This document shows positions 26,131 to 35,210 of a stretch of 45,775 bases of DNA, in pieces. The position numbers were made by a program, and so were the translations under genes. Each line of letters opens with the position of its first letter. Within the stretch, counting starts at the first letter, position 1. Source of the DNA: Eubacteriales bacterium (GTDB lineage Bacteria; Bacillota; Clostridia; Oscillospirales; CAG-272); NCBI GenBank assembly GCA_045124835.1, contig JBGVMO010000023.1, positions 1 to 45,775 on the forward strand, in the 5' to 3' direction. The notes beneath the pieces were generated by a model. It saw only the letters and a program-made list of their open reading frames with translations, did no database searches and was not told where the DNA came from.

Positions 26131-27213
26131 ATGGCAAACCGTTTGTTCCAAAATGTGATTCATCAAATGAAGGATACCGTCAAGGGCGTTATAGGTATTA
26201 TGGACGAAACCGACGTTTTGGTGGCTTGCAGCGATTTGCGCCGCATCGGCGAGATTCTTCCCGGAGTACGAGAGGAGCTTTCCTTTGCGCAGGGGCTTTT
26301 GCACCAGGGCGGCTTTACATACCGTTATCTCAACGTGAACGGTAGAACGGACTATATTCTGATGGTAGAGGGAGAGGACGCAAGCACCGACTCTCTTATC
26401 GGCATTCTCTCCGTTGCCTTTGGCAATATCAAGAGCCTCTATGACGAGCGCTACGACAAGAGCTCCTTTATCAAGAATATCATTCTCGACAACATCCTGC
26501 CCAGCGATATTTACATCAAGAGCAAGGAGATGCACTTTGACAGCGAGGCCTCTCGCGTGATTTTCCTTATCAAGTTCTACAACAGAACGGATATGCTCCC
26601 CTTTGAAATTGTGCAAAGCATTTTCCCCGACAGAAACACCGATTACGTCATCAGCGTTGGTGATCAGGACATCGTTCTGGTTAAGGAAATCACCACCGAG
26701 GAGCCCGAGGAGGTGGAGGAGCTGGCCGCTTCCATCGCGCAAACGCTCAACGCCGATTTTTATTCCAAGGTTTCCATTGGTATCTCGACCATCGTAACGG
26801 GGCTGAAGGATTTGGCACGCGCCTACAAGGAAGCAAGAGTTGCCCTTGAGGTCGGCAAGGTCTTTGACACGGAAAAGAATATCATCAGCTATGAAAATCT
26901 GGGCATTGGCCGCTTGATTTATCAGCTGCCCACCACCCTTTGCGACATTTTCTTGCAGGAGGTCTTCAAAAAGGGCTCTCTTGAATCCTTGGATAAGGAC
27001 ACGCTTGACACCGTGCAGCGCTTCTTTGAATACAACCTGAACGTTTCGGAGACCTCGCGTAACCTCTTTGTACACCGTAACACCTTGGTTTACCGCTTGG
27101 AAAAAATCCGCAAAATCACGGGTCTTGACCTGCGTAACTTTGATCAGGCCATCACCTTCAAGGTTGCCTTGATGGTTAAGAAATATCTGACCAACAAGCC
27201 CACCAAGTTCTGA
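26131..27213 (+). CDS. CdaR/PucR family transcriptional regulator
   Basis: AYKEARVALEVG, LNVSETSRNLFVHRNTLVYRLEKI…GLDLR; start probably ATG 26131. Confidence 0.92.
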   Translation: MANRLFQNVIHQMKDTVKGVIGIMDETDVLVACSDLRRIGEILPGVREELSFAQGLLHQGGFTYRYLNVNGRTDYILMVEGEDASTDSLIGILSVAFGNIKSLYDERYDKSSFIKNIILDNILPSDIYIKSKEMHFDSEASRVIFLIKFYNRTDMLPFEIVQSIFPDRNTDYVISVGDQDIVLVKEITTEEPEEVEELAASIAQTLNADFYSKVSIGISTIVTGLKDLARAYKEARVALEVGKVFDTEKNIISYENLGIGRLIYQLPTTLCDIFLQEVFKKGSLESLDKDTLDTVQRFFEYNLNVSETSRNLFVHRNTLVYRLEKIRKITGLDLRNFDQAITFKVALMVKKYLTNKPTKF

Positions 27214-27259
27214 TTTTGCTCTATTTTCTGCCGCAATCGCGGCAAAGCAAGGAACACGT

Positions 27260-28957
27260 ATGAAACAAACACTCAAAAAATTACCCCTTCTTCTTTTGTT
27301 GCTTTGTCTTTTCGTCTCGCTCCTTCCGCTTCATGCTTCGGCAATAGATTATTCTGCCTTTGACGAGGAGACGGTCGAGGCGGCCGTTTCCGCTGCCTTT
27401 CTGACGGCGGCAGATGCAATAGAGGAGGAGGTTGCCCGTCTTCGCGCCTCGGGCGAGGTTTTCAAGGACAGTCTTGGCAAACCGCTTGATATGGACGAGG
27501 TGCTTTCGGCTTACGAAACGAACGCCGCCCTTTTCCGCGCCGGCACGCTTTCCTTTGACCCCGGAAAGCTCGTTAGCACCAATTATTTATATTACTTGTA
27601 TTACGTTGGCGAATTTGTCAACTTTGCAGACGTTGCCTCCGAGGTTTGCTTCCTTCTCGGCACCAGCTATTATCTTGACAGGATGGACGGGGAGGATCAG
27701 TTCAACGCCGCCTTGATTCGCGGCTACCAGCAGATTATCGGTGACAAATTCGGTTACTACTATACCGAAGAGGATTTGGCCTCGCAGGACGCCTCGGTTC
27801 ACTACGTTGGCATTGGCGTTTCGGTTCTTTTAACGGATGACGGCTATGCAGAGGTCGTGCAGGTTTTCCGAGGCTCCTCGGCCGAGGAGGCAGGAATTTT
27901 AGGCGGTGACGTTATCGTTGCCGTTAACGGCGAGGATTTTGCCAAAATCGGCTACAACGATGCTATTGACCTGATTCGCGGAGAAGAGGGCACTCTTGTG
28001 ACCGTTTCCGTTCGCCGTGGCAGCGAAATTCTGCACTTCACCATGGAGCGCCGCCAAACGACCTCCTCCAGCGTCACCTACGAAACCATTTCCTCGCAAA
28101 ACGGAAAAATCGGTTTTATCCGCATTTCCACCTTCAACGAGATAACCTTCCCGCAGTTCTGCGACGCCGTTGAGGCCCTGGAGGCAGAGGGGGTTGAATC
28201 GTATATCTTCGACGTGCGCAACAATCTCGGCGGATTGCTGACAAGCGTGCTTGGTATTCTGGATTACATTTTGCCCGAAAACACCAATATTCCCTTGGTG
28301 CGCATACAATACAGTGACGGAAGCGCAAGATCCATCTATTCGCTGGAGGATTATATGCCGAATGCCTACAAAAACGGCTTTGAAAAGGCAAAGAACCACT
28401 CCATTGCGAAGCCCATTGCCGTTTTATGCAACGGTAGCTCCGTCAGCGCCTCTGAGCTTTTCGTTTCCTGTCTGCGCGATTTTGAGTATGCTGAAATCAT
28501 CGGCGAGACCACCTACGGCAAGGGCGTTGGCCAAAGCAGCTATAGCTTTACTAACGGAGGCTATCTGTATCTGACGGCCTTCTACTATGCGCCGCCGCTT
28601 TCGGAAAACTACCACGAGGTTGGCATTACGCCCGACAGAGTTGTTTCACTCAGCGACGAGGCCAAGTCCACCAACCTGTTCCTTTTGCCATACGAGTTAG
28701 ACACCCAGCTGCAAGCGGCCGTATCCTATATTGAATCCGTTGACCTTTCCAAAGAGCCCGCGGTGCCGACGCTTCCTCCTTCAGGCAACAACGGAAACGT
28801 GACGCTCGTGCTTTGGATTATGCTCGGCGTTCTTTGCGTTATGCTGCTTTCCATTCTCGTTTTGCTCTTCTTCTTTATCAGACGCGGACGCAAAACGGCA
28901 GAGGACACGCTGTTCAGCGCGCAAAAGCGCTCGGATGGCTCGGATATGTTCCACTAA
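27260..28957 (+). CDS. S41 family carboxyl-terminal processing protease (PDZ), with signal peptide and C-terminal TM anchor
   Basis: YVGIGV, IRGEEGT.V, DVRNNLGG.L, SVSASE, GETTYGKG, GITPD, DTQL. Confidence 0.92.
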   Translation: MKQTLKKLPLLLLLLCLFVSLLPLHASAIDYSAFDEETVEAAVSAAFLTAADAIEEEVARLRASGEVFKDSLGKPLDMDEVLSAYETNAALFRAGTLSFDPGKLVSTNYLYYLYYVGEFVNFADVASEVCFLLGTSYYLDRMDGEDQFNAALIRGYQQIIGDKFGYYYTEEDLASQDASVHYVGIGVSVLLTDDGYAEVVQVFRGSSAEEAGILGGDVIVAVNGEDFAKIGYNDAIDLIRGEEGTLVTVSVRRGSEILHFTMERRQTTSSSVTYETISSQNGKIGFIRISTFNEITFPQFCDAVEALEAEGVESYIFDVRNNLGGLLTSVLGILDYILPENTNIPLVRIQYSDGSARSIYSLEDYMPNAYKNGFEKAKNHSIAKPIAVLCNGSSVSASELFVSCLRDFEYAEIIGETTYGKGVGQSSYSFTNGGYLYLTAFYYAPPLSENYHEVGITPDRVVSLSDEAKSTNLFLLPYELDTQLQAAVSYIESVDLSKEPAVPTLPPSGNNGNVTLVLWIMLGVLCVMLLSILVLLFFFIRRGRKTAEDTLFSAQKRSDGSDMFH

Positions 28958-28998
28958 TTTCGTTAACCACCATTTTTTATATATAAGGGAGAATTATC

Positions 28999-29484
28999 AT
29001 GGCTGAAATGAAAACCTACACCCCCGCGGGCTTCAAGGCCCTGCAAGACGAGCTTGCCGACCTGAAGGTACATTTTATCGAGGTTAAGGAGGAAATCGCC
29101 AAGGCAAGAAGCTACGGTGACCTTTCCGAGAACAGCGAATACGATGAAGCTAAGAACGAGGAGGCAAAAATCAACCTCCGCATTCTTGAGCTTGAGGATA
29201 TGATTGCCAACGCGCACGTTATCGACGAGTCTGAAATTGACCACACGAAGGTTTCCGTCGGCTCTTTGGTTGACGTAAAGAATCTTACCACGGGCGCTGT
29301 TAAGAACTACCACATCGTCGGCTCCTACGAGACCGACCCCTTGGTCGGAAAGATTTCCGACCAGTCCGCCATCGGTATGGCTCTGCTTGGCACCTCCAAG
29401 GGCGAGACCGTTTCCGTTGAGCTTCCCAACGGCAATACCATCCGCTTGGAAGTCCTTGACGTGCGCCGCGCCGCTACCAACTAA
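28999..29484 (+). CDS. greA: Transcription elongation factor GreA
   Basis: ARSYGDLSENSEYDEAK, KISDQSAIG.AL. Confidence 0.97.
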   Translation: MAEMKTYTPAGFKALQDELADLKVHFIEVKEEIAKARSYGDLSENSEYDEAKNEEAKINLRILELEDMIANAHVIDESEIDHTKVSVGSLVDVKNLTTGAVKNYHIVGSYETDPLVGKISDQSAIGMALLGTSKGETVSVELPNGNTIRLEVLDVRRAATN

Positions 29485-29504
29485 GAAAGGCATTTTGAAG
29501 CATT

Positions 29505-30974
29505 ATGGAAATCAACGCAAGCTCCGAATTGCAGGTGCGCCGCGACAAGCTGGCCGCACTTTGCGAAAATCAGAAGAACCCCTTTGTTGAAACCAAGTAT
29601 GACGTAACCAACTCTGCCACAGAGATTCTTTCCTCCTACGAGGAATACGAGGGAAAGACCGTTTCTCTTGCAGGCCGTATGATGAGCCGTCGTATTATGG
29701 GAAAGGCCTCCTTCGTGCATTTGTACGACGGTGAGGGCCAGATTCAGCTGTACGTGCGCCGCGATGACGTTGGCGAGGAAATTTACGCCGATTTCAAGAA
29801 GTGGGATATTGGCGATATCATTGGCATCAAGGGCGTGGTTTTCCGCACCCAGACGGGCGAAATTTCGCTGCACCTTTCCGAAATCAAGCTGCTTGCCAAG
29901 TCGCTTTTGCCCCTGCCCGAGAAGTTTCACGGCTTGAAGGACACGGAAATCCGTTACAGACAGCGCTACGTTGACCTTATTGTTAACCCTGAGGTAAAGG
30001 ACACCTTTATCAAGCGCTCCCGTATTTTGAAGGAAATCCGCAACTATCTTGACGGCAAGGGATTTTTGGAGGTTGACACCCCCATTCTCGTTCCCTTGGA
30101 GATTGGCGCCTCCGCGCGCTCCTTCGTCACGCACCACAACACGCTCGATATGGATATGTATCTGCGTATTGAAACCGAGCTTTACTTGAAGCGCCTGATT
30201 GTTGGCGGTATGAACCGCGTTTATGAGGTTGGCCGTATCTTCCGCAACGAAGGAATGGACCCCAAGCACAATCCTGAATTTACCACCGTTGAGCTTTACC
30301 AGGCCTACACCGATTACAAGGGTATGATGGACCTGGTGGAAGAGCTTTACACCCTTTTGGCTGAGAAGATTTGCGGCTCCACCGTTATCAGCTATATGGG
30401 CAAGGAAATCGACATGGGGCATTGGGAGAGACTGACGATGGTTGAGGCCGTCAAGAAGTACTCCGGCTGTGACTACAACGATTGGGCAACTGATGAGGAC
30501 GCGCGCCGCGTTGCCAAGGAAAAGGGCGTTGAGGTTCCTGCCAACGCCACCAAGGGCACCGTTCTTGCCGAGTTCTTTGACGCCTTCGTTGAGGAGCATC
30601 TGATTCAGCCTACCTTCATTTACGACTATCCTGTGGAGAACAGCCCCCTTGCTAAGCGCAAGCCCGAGGACCCTGCCTTCACCGAGCGCTTTGAGTATTT
30701 CATCAACGCAACCGAGTTTGGCAACGCCTTCTCCGAGCTGAATGACCCCATTGACCAGAAGGAACGCTTTGAAAAGCAGGTTGCCGCCAAGCACGCAGAG
30801 GATCCCTCCTCTCGCTCCGAGGTGGATTACGATTACGTAACTGCTATGGAATACGGTATGCCTCCCACGGGCGGCCTCGGCTTTGGCATTGACCGTCTGG
30901 TTATGCTTCTGACCGACAGCGCCTCCATTCGAGACGTATTGCTCTTCCCCACGATGAAGCCTATTGCCGAATAA
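29505..30974 (+). CDS. lysS: Lysine--tRNA ligase (class II)
   Basis: RIMGKASF, RYRQRYVDL, FRNEG…HNPEFT, GMPPTGGLGFGIDRL, FPTMKP. Confidence 0.98.
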   Translation: MEINASSELQVRRDKLAALCENQKNPFVETKYDVTNSATEILSSYEEYEGKTVSLAGRMMSRRIMGKASFVHLYDGEGQIQLYVRRDDVGEEIYADFKKWDIGDIIGIKGVVFRTQTGEISLHLSEIKLLAKSLLPLPEKFHGLKDTEIRYRQRYVDLIVNPEVKDTFIKRSRILKEIRNYLDGKGFLEVDTPILVPLEIGASARSFVTHHNTLDMDMYLRIETELYLKRLIVGGMNRVYEVGRIFRNEGMDPKHNPEFTTVELYQAYTDYKGMMDLVEELYTLLAEKICGSTVISYMGKEIDMGHWERLTMVEAVKKYSGCDYNDWATDEDARRVAKEKGVEVPANATKGTVLAEFFDAFVEEHLIQPTFIYDYPVENSPLAKRKPEDPAFTERFEYFINATEFGNAFSELNDPIDQKERFEKQVAAKHAEDPSSRSEVDYDYVTAMEYGMPPTGGLGFGIDRLVMLLTDSASIRDVLLFPTMKPIAE

Positions 30975-30980
30975 TTTTCT

Positions 30981-31010
30981 GACAAACCGATTTTTAAAAA
31001 TCGGTTTGTC
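30981..31010. repeat. Perfect 30-bp palindrome (weak terminator or mRNA stabiliser)
   Basis: GACAAACCGATTTTT|AAAAATCGGTTTGTC. Confidence 0.75.
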
Positions 31011-31034
31011 CTTTATAAAGAGAAAGGAACTGCT

Positions 31035-32654
31035 ATGAAAGCCTGCGTTATTCAGCCCCCGTACTCCAGAGACCTTACGCAAAGTGACGCGCTGTTTGCC
31101 TATAAGCTTGAAATGCTCGACAAGTGTGACGAGAGCTTGGACATCATCGTTTTGCCCGAATACAGCGACGTTCCCTGTGCCACCGCCACCAAGGAGGACA
31201 CCTTCTATTATCACAACAAGTACATCGGCATTTTGCTTGACAAGTGCATCGAAACGGCCAAGCGCTGCCATGCACTTCTCTTTGTCAATGCGCTTTACGA
31301 GGTTGAGGAAGGCAAATACCGCAACACAACCTATGCCTACGACAGAGAAGGCAATCTTGTGGGCAAGTATTTCAAGAAGCACCTGCCCCCCTCCGAGCTT
31401 TACGATTTGGATCTTGACAGCGACTACACCTTTGAGCCCTCCTTCCCCACCGTTTTGGAGCTTGAGGGCTTGCGCTTCGGCTTTTTGACCTGCTACGACT
31501 TTTATTTTTACGAGGCGTTTCCCGCGATTGCAAGAGAAAACGTAGACATCATCATCGGCTGCTCGTTGCAAAGAAGCGACAGTCACGATGCCATTGAAAC
31601 GATGTGCCGCTTCCTTGCCTACAACACCAATGCCTACGTGCTTCGCGCCTCGGTCAGCTTTGACGAGGCCTCGACCATCTGCGGTGCTTCTATGATGGTT
31701 TCGCCCTACGGCAAGGTTTTGGCCAATATGGGTGGCCGCTTCGGTATGGCAACGGCAGAATTCGACCCCAAGGACAAGCACTATAAGCCGGCAGGCTTCG
31801 GCAATCCTCCCGCACCCCACTATGAATACATTGAATTCGGCCGCAAGCCCTGGCAATATCGCCCCGCAGGCACGGCCATCATCAACGATGAAAAGACCAT
31901 GGGCTATCCCCGTCTTTGCTCGCACCGCGGCTTCAACGCCGTTTTGCCCGAGAACAGTATGCTCGCCTTTGGTGCGGCGGTTGCCTTAGGTGCTGAGGAG
32001 ATTGAATTCGACCTTTGGCCCACCAAGGACGGCGAAATTGTTTCCTGTCATGATAAGCGTCTTGAGCGCGTTTCAACAGGCACGGGCGAAATTGTAGATT
32101 ATACGCTTGCCGAGCTTGAGCAATTTGACTTTGGCATTAAGCGCTCCGAATTTTTGGAGGGTCTTAAAATCGTCAGATTTGAGGACATTTTAAGGAAATT
32201 CTCCTGTCACGTCATTATGAATATTCACGTGAAGCCCCTTTCGTACGATAAGCCTTATCCTGAGGAGCTGATTCACAAAATCGTTAACCTTATTAAGCAG
32301 TACAATGCGGAAAAGCACGTATACTTTATGCTTGAAACGGACATTCAGATTCAGCAGTTCAAGAAAATTGCCCCCGAAATTCCCGTTTGCGTGGGTCACC
32401 TCGGCTCTCGCGCTTGGGAAATCGTGGAAAGAGCCATTGAATTCAACTGCGAAAAGGTGCAATTCTACGAGACCTTCGTCAACGAGGATATGATAAAGAA
32501 GGCGCACGCACACGGCATTCGCTGCAATATGTTCTATGCCGACCTGCCCGACGATGCCGAGCGACTTTTCGCGATGGGCATTGACACCCTCTTGACCAAC
32601 AATTATATGATTGTTTCGGGTCACGTCAGACCCAAGTTCTTCTCCAAAAAGTAA
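31035..32654 (+). CDS. Fusion protein: carbon-nitrogen hydrolase (nitrilase superfamily) + glycerophosphodiester phosphodiesterase
   Basis: N-half LPEY / YFKKHL / TCYD (Glu-Lys-Cys triad) and GASMMVSP.G; C-half SHRG…PENS..AF, IEFD, TKDG..V..HD, TNN. Confidence 0.88.
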   Translation: MKACVIQPPYSRDLTQSDALFAYKLEMLDKCDESLDIIVLPEYSDVPCATATKEDTFYYHNKYIGILLDKCIETAKRCHALLFVNALYEVEEGKYRNTTYAYDREGNLVGKYFKKHLPPSELYDLDLDSDYTFEPSFPTVLELEGLRFGFLTCYDFYFYEAFPAIARENVDIIIGCSLQRSDSHDAIETMCRFLAYNTNAYVLRASVSFDEASTICGASMMVSPYGKVLANMGGRFGMATAEFDPKDKHYKPAGFGNPPAPHYEYIEFGRKPWQYRPAGTAIINDEKTMGYPRLCSHRGFNAVLPENSMLAFGAAVALGAEEIEFDLWPTKDGEIVSCHDKRLERVSTGTGEIVDYTLAELEQFDFGIKRSEFLEGLKIVRFEDILRKFSCHVIMNIHVKPLSYDKPYPEELIHKIVNLIKQYNAEKHVYFMLETDIQIQQFKKIAPEIPVCVGHLGSRAWEIVERAIEFNCEKVQFYETFVNEDMIKKAHAHGIRCNMFYADLPDDAERLFAMGIDTLLTNNYMIVSGHVRPKFFSKK

Positions 32655-32711
32655 CACGCTTCCTTGGGCGCGCCTCAACCAAGGCCGCCCTTGAAAAAGA
32701 AAGGCATCCCT

Positions 32712-33434
32712 ATGCAAGACAACCAAAGAGCGCCCACCTCGCCCTTTCTCAAGAAGGTGGAAAATTACTGGTACCACTACAAGTGGCATACGATTATCGG
32801 TTCTATTCTCCTTATCGCCCTTTTGGTTTGCACCCTTCAGATGTGCCAAAAGCCCGCCTACGATACCGAGATTATTTATGCCGGCCCGCACTCCATCACC
32901 AAGGTGGAGCAGGGGGATATCAAAGCCACCCTTGCCTCCTTTATGAAGGACGCGGACGGAAACGGACAGCTTGAGGTCAATCTGATTCAGTACTGGGTAA
33001 ACGACAACGTGGCAGAGGACGAGGAGGCCGACAAATCCAACGTTCCGCTTTTGCAACAGAATTCGTTGCAGAACAAGCAGAGCTTTCACGATGAAATTTC
33101 CGCAGGCGACGTTGTGATTTACCTTGTTTCACAGGACTTGTTTTTGGAAATGATGGAGCGCGGCTGTTTATACGATTTGAAGGCGCTCATTCCCGACCTT
33201 TCCGACGGGGTGCTTACCACCGACAAGGACGGCGCAAGGACGAGCTACGGCGTCACCCTTTCCGCCCTGCCGCTTGGCTCTCTTGCCGGACTTTCCGCCC
33301 TGCCTGCCGACACGGTGCTTTGTATGCAAGACGTTCGCTACCTGAACCAAATTTTCAACAAGGACAAGACCGAGGCACAGCACGCCTACTGTCGCGAGCT
33401 GATGACGGCACTTCTTTCCTTCACCAAGAATTAA
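32712..33434 (+). CDS. Hypothetical membrane-anchored protein
   Basis: ENYWYHYKWH before a single TM helix; start ATG 32712 (RBS AAAGG). Confidence 0.75.
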   Translation: MQDNQRAPTSPFLKKVENYWYHYKWHTIIGSILLIALLVCTLQMCQKPAYDTEIIYAGPHSITKVEQGDIKATLASFMKDADGNGQLEVNLIQYWVNDNVAEDEEADKSNVPLLQQNSLQNKQSFHDEISAGDVVIYLVSQDLFLEMMERGCLYDLKALIPDLSDGVLTTDKDGARTSYGVTLSALPLGSLAGLSALPADTVLCMQDVRYLNQIFNKDKTEAQHAYCRELMTALLSFTKN

Positions 33435-33439
33435 AAAAG

Positions 33440-33512
33440 AAAAATCCGCGCGGCCTCTGCCGCGCGGATTTTTTATTCGGAAAGCGCCGCTTGATGCTTC
33501 AAGCGGCGCTTT
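33440..33512. terminator. Two tandem hairpins terminating convergent transcripts
   Basis: AAAAATCCGCGCGGC-CTCT-GCCGCGCGGATTTTT and AAAGCGCCGCTTGA-TGCT-TCAAGCGGCGCTTT. Confidence 0.85.
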
Positions 33513-33527
33513 GCTTTGAAAGACAAA

Positions 33528-35180
33528 TTATTTCAGCGTGATAAGCGAAGCGTCCCCTTCCTTTGCAGGCTCATAGCCAAGCAAAACGGCGGTGGTGGCG
33601 GCAACATTGGAGAGACCTGCGTTTTCAACACCTGCAAGGGTGTAACGGTCAGCGGTGAAGTTATCGTAGAAGATGCAGGGAACGGGGTTAAGGGTGTGGC
33701 TGGTCTTGGCCTTGAGGCTTCCGTCCTTGCCGCGCTTAGCCGCGCCCGTCTTCTTGTCCATTTCATACATTTCGTCCGCATTGCCGTGGTCGGCGGTGAT
33801 GATGGCGGCACCCTGCAATTCATCCACAACGGCAAGGATGCGCGCAAGCTGCAAATCCAGCGCCTCCATACTGCACTCGGTGGCAAGGAAGTTGCCCGTG
33901 TGTCCTACCATATCGCCATTGGGGAAGTTGACGCGCAGATAGCGATACTTACCCGAGCGAAGAGCCTCGATAAGCTTATCGGTGATCTCGGCGCACTTCA
34001 TCCAAGGGCGCTGTTCAAAGGGAACAACGTCCGAGGGAACCTCGACATAGGTTTCAAGCTCATCCGAGAACTTGCCCGAACGGTTGCCGTTCCAGAAATA
34101 CGTTACGTGACCGTACTTCTGGGTTTCGGAGATGGCATACTGTGCAATGCCCGTAGCCGCGAAATACTCGCCCGAGGTGCAGGTGATTTCGGGGGGAGAA
34201 ACAAGGTAACGGGAAGGGATATGCAAATCACCGTCATACTCCAGCATACCGGCGTATACAACATTGGGAACGCGGATTCTATCAAACTTATCAAAATCTG
34301 CGCCGCCCTCAAAGGCCTTGGAGATTTCAATGGAACGGTCGCCACGGAAGTTGTAGAATACAACGCTGTCGCCGTCCTCAATCGTACCGACAGGAGCGCC
34401 GTTTTCGGCAATGACAAAGGGAGGCAAATCCTGGTCGATAACCTTTAACTCATTGCGGTAGGTCACAACGGCCTCTTCAGCAGAAGCAAACTGTCTTCCC
34501 TCTCCGAGCACGTGGGTCTTCCAGCCGGCCTCAACCATTTTCCAGTTGGCCTCGTATCTATCCATCGTGATATTCATACGGCCGCCACCCGAAGCAATCT
34601 TGATGTCAAAGGAGCCATCGCGCAGCTCGCCCAAAAACGCCTCGAAGGGCAGGATATAATCAAGGGCAGAGGTTTCGCCAACATCACGGCCATCAATCAA
34701 AATGTGAACGCGTACCTTGGCAACGCCCTCCTTCTTGGCCTCTACGAGCATAGCCTTGAGGTGATCAATGTGAGAATGAACGTTTCCATCGGAGAAAAGG
34801 CCGAGGAAATGGAGAGTGCCGCCGCTTGCCTTTACGCCGCCGACGATTTCCTGCCAAGCGGTCGATGCGAACATTTTGCCGCTTTCAATGGACTGGGATA
34901 CGAGCTTTGCGCCCTGTGCGAACACCTGGCCTGCACCAAGCGCGTTGTGTCCTACCTCGGAGTTGCCCATATCATCGTCGCTCGGCAGGCCAACGGCCGT
35001 TCCGTGCGCACGAAGGGTGCAGGTGGGGTAGGTGGCGAGAAGTCTGTCAAGGGTGGGGGTATGGGCGGCGGCAATGGCGTTTGCCTCGTTGGAGGCGGCG
35101 ATACCGACACCGTCCATAACGATGGTCAGAAGGGGGCCCTTAACGCCCTCAAAGACGGTTGATTTTTTCAATGCTTCCAT
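33528..35180 (-). CDS. gpmI: 2,3-bisphosphoglycerate-independent phosphoglycerate mutase
   Basis: MDGVG, MGNSEVGH, DGRD, NFRGDR, ETQKYGHVTYF, DMVGHTG, TADHGNA. Confidence 0.97.
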   Translation of the reverse strand: MEALKKSTVFEGVKGPLLTIVMDGVGIAASNEANAIAAAHTPTLDRLLATYPTCTLRAHGTAVGLPSDDDMGNSEVGHNALGAGQVFAQGAKLVSQSIESGKMFASTAWQEIVGGVKASGGTLHFLGLFSDGNVHSHIDHLKAMLVEAKKEGVAKVRVHILIDGRDVGETSALDYILPFEAFLGELRDGSFDIKIASGGGRMNITMDRYEANWKMVEAGWKTHVLGEGRQFASAEEAVVTYRNELKVIDQDLPPFVIAENGAPVGTIEDGDSVVFYNFRGDRSIEISKAFEGGADFDKFDRIRVPNVVYAGMLEYDGDLHIPSRYLVSPPEITCTSGEYFAATGIAQYAISETQKYGHVTYFWNGNRSGKFSDELETYVEVPSDVVPFEQRPWMKCAEITDKLIEALRSGKYRYLRVNFPNGDMVGHTGNFLATECSMEALDLQLARILAVVDELQGAAIITADHGNADEMYEMDKKTGAAKRGKDGSLKAKTSHTLNPVPCIFYDNFTADRYTLAGVENAGLSNVAATTAVLLGYEPAKEGDASLITLK

Positions 35181-35210
35181 GGTATATATCCTTTCAATCT
35201 TTATATTTCT

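Noticed and set aside
29481-31925. 814-aa minus-strand ORF spanning lysS, the intergenic palindrome and the nitrilase domain
   Set aside because: Antisense shadow of strongly codon-biased genes; no recognisable domain.
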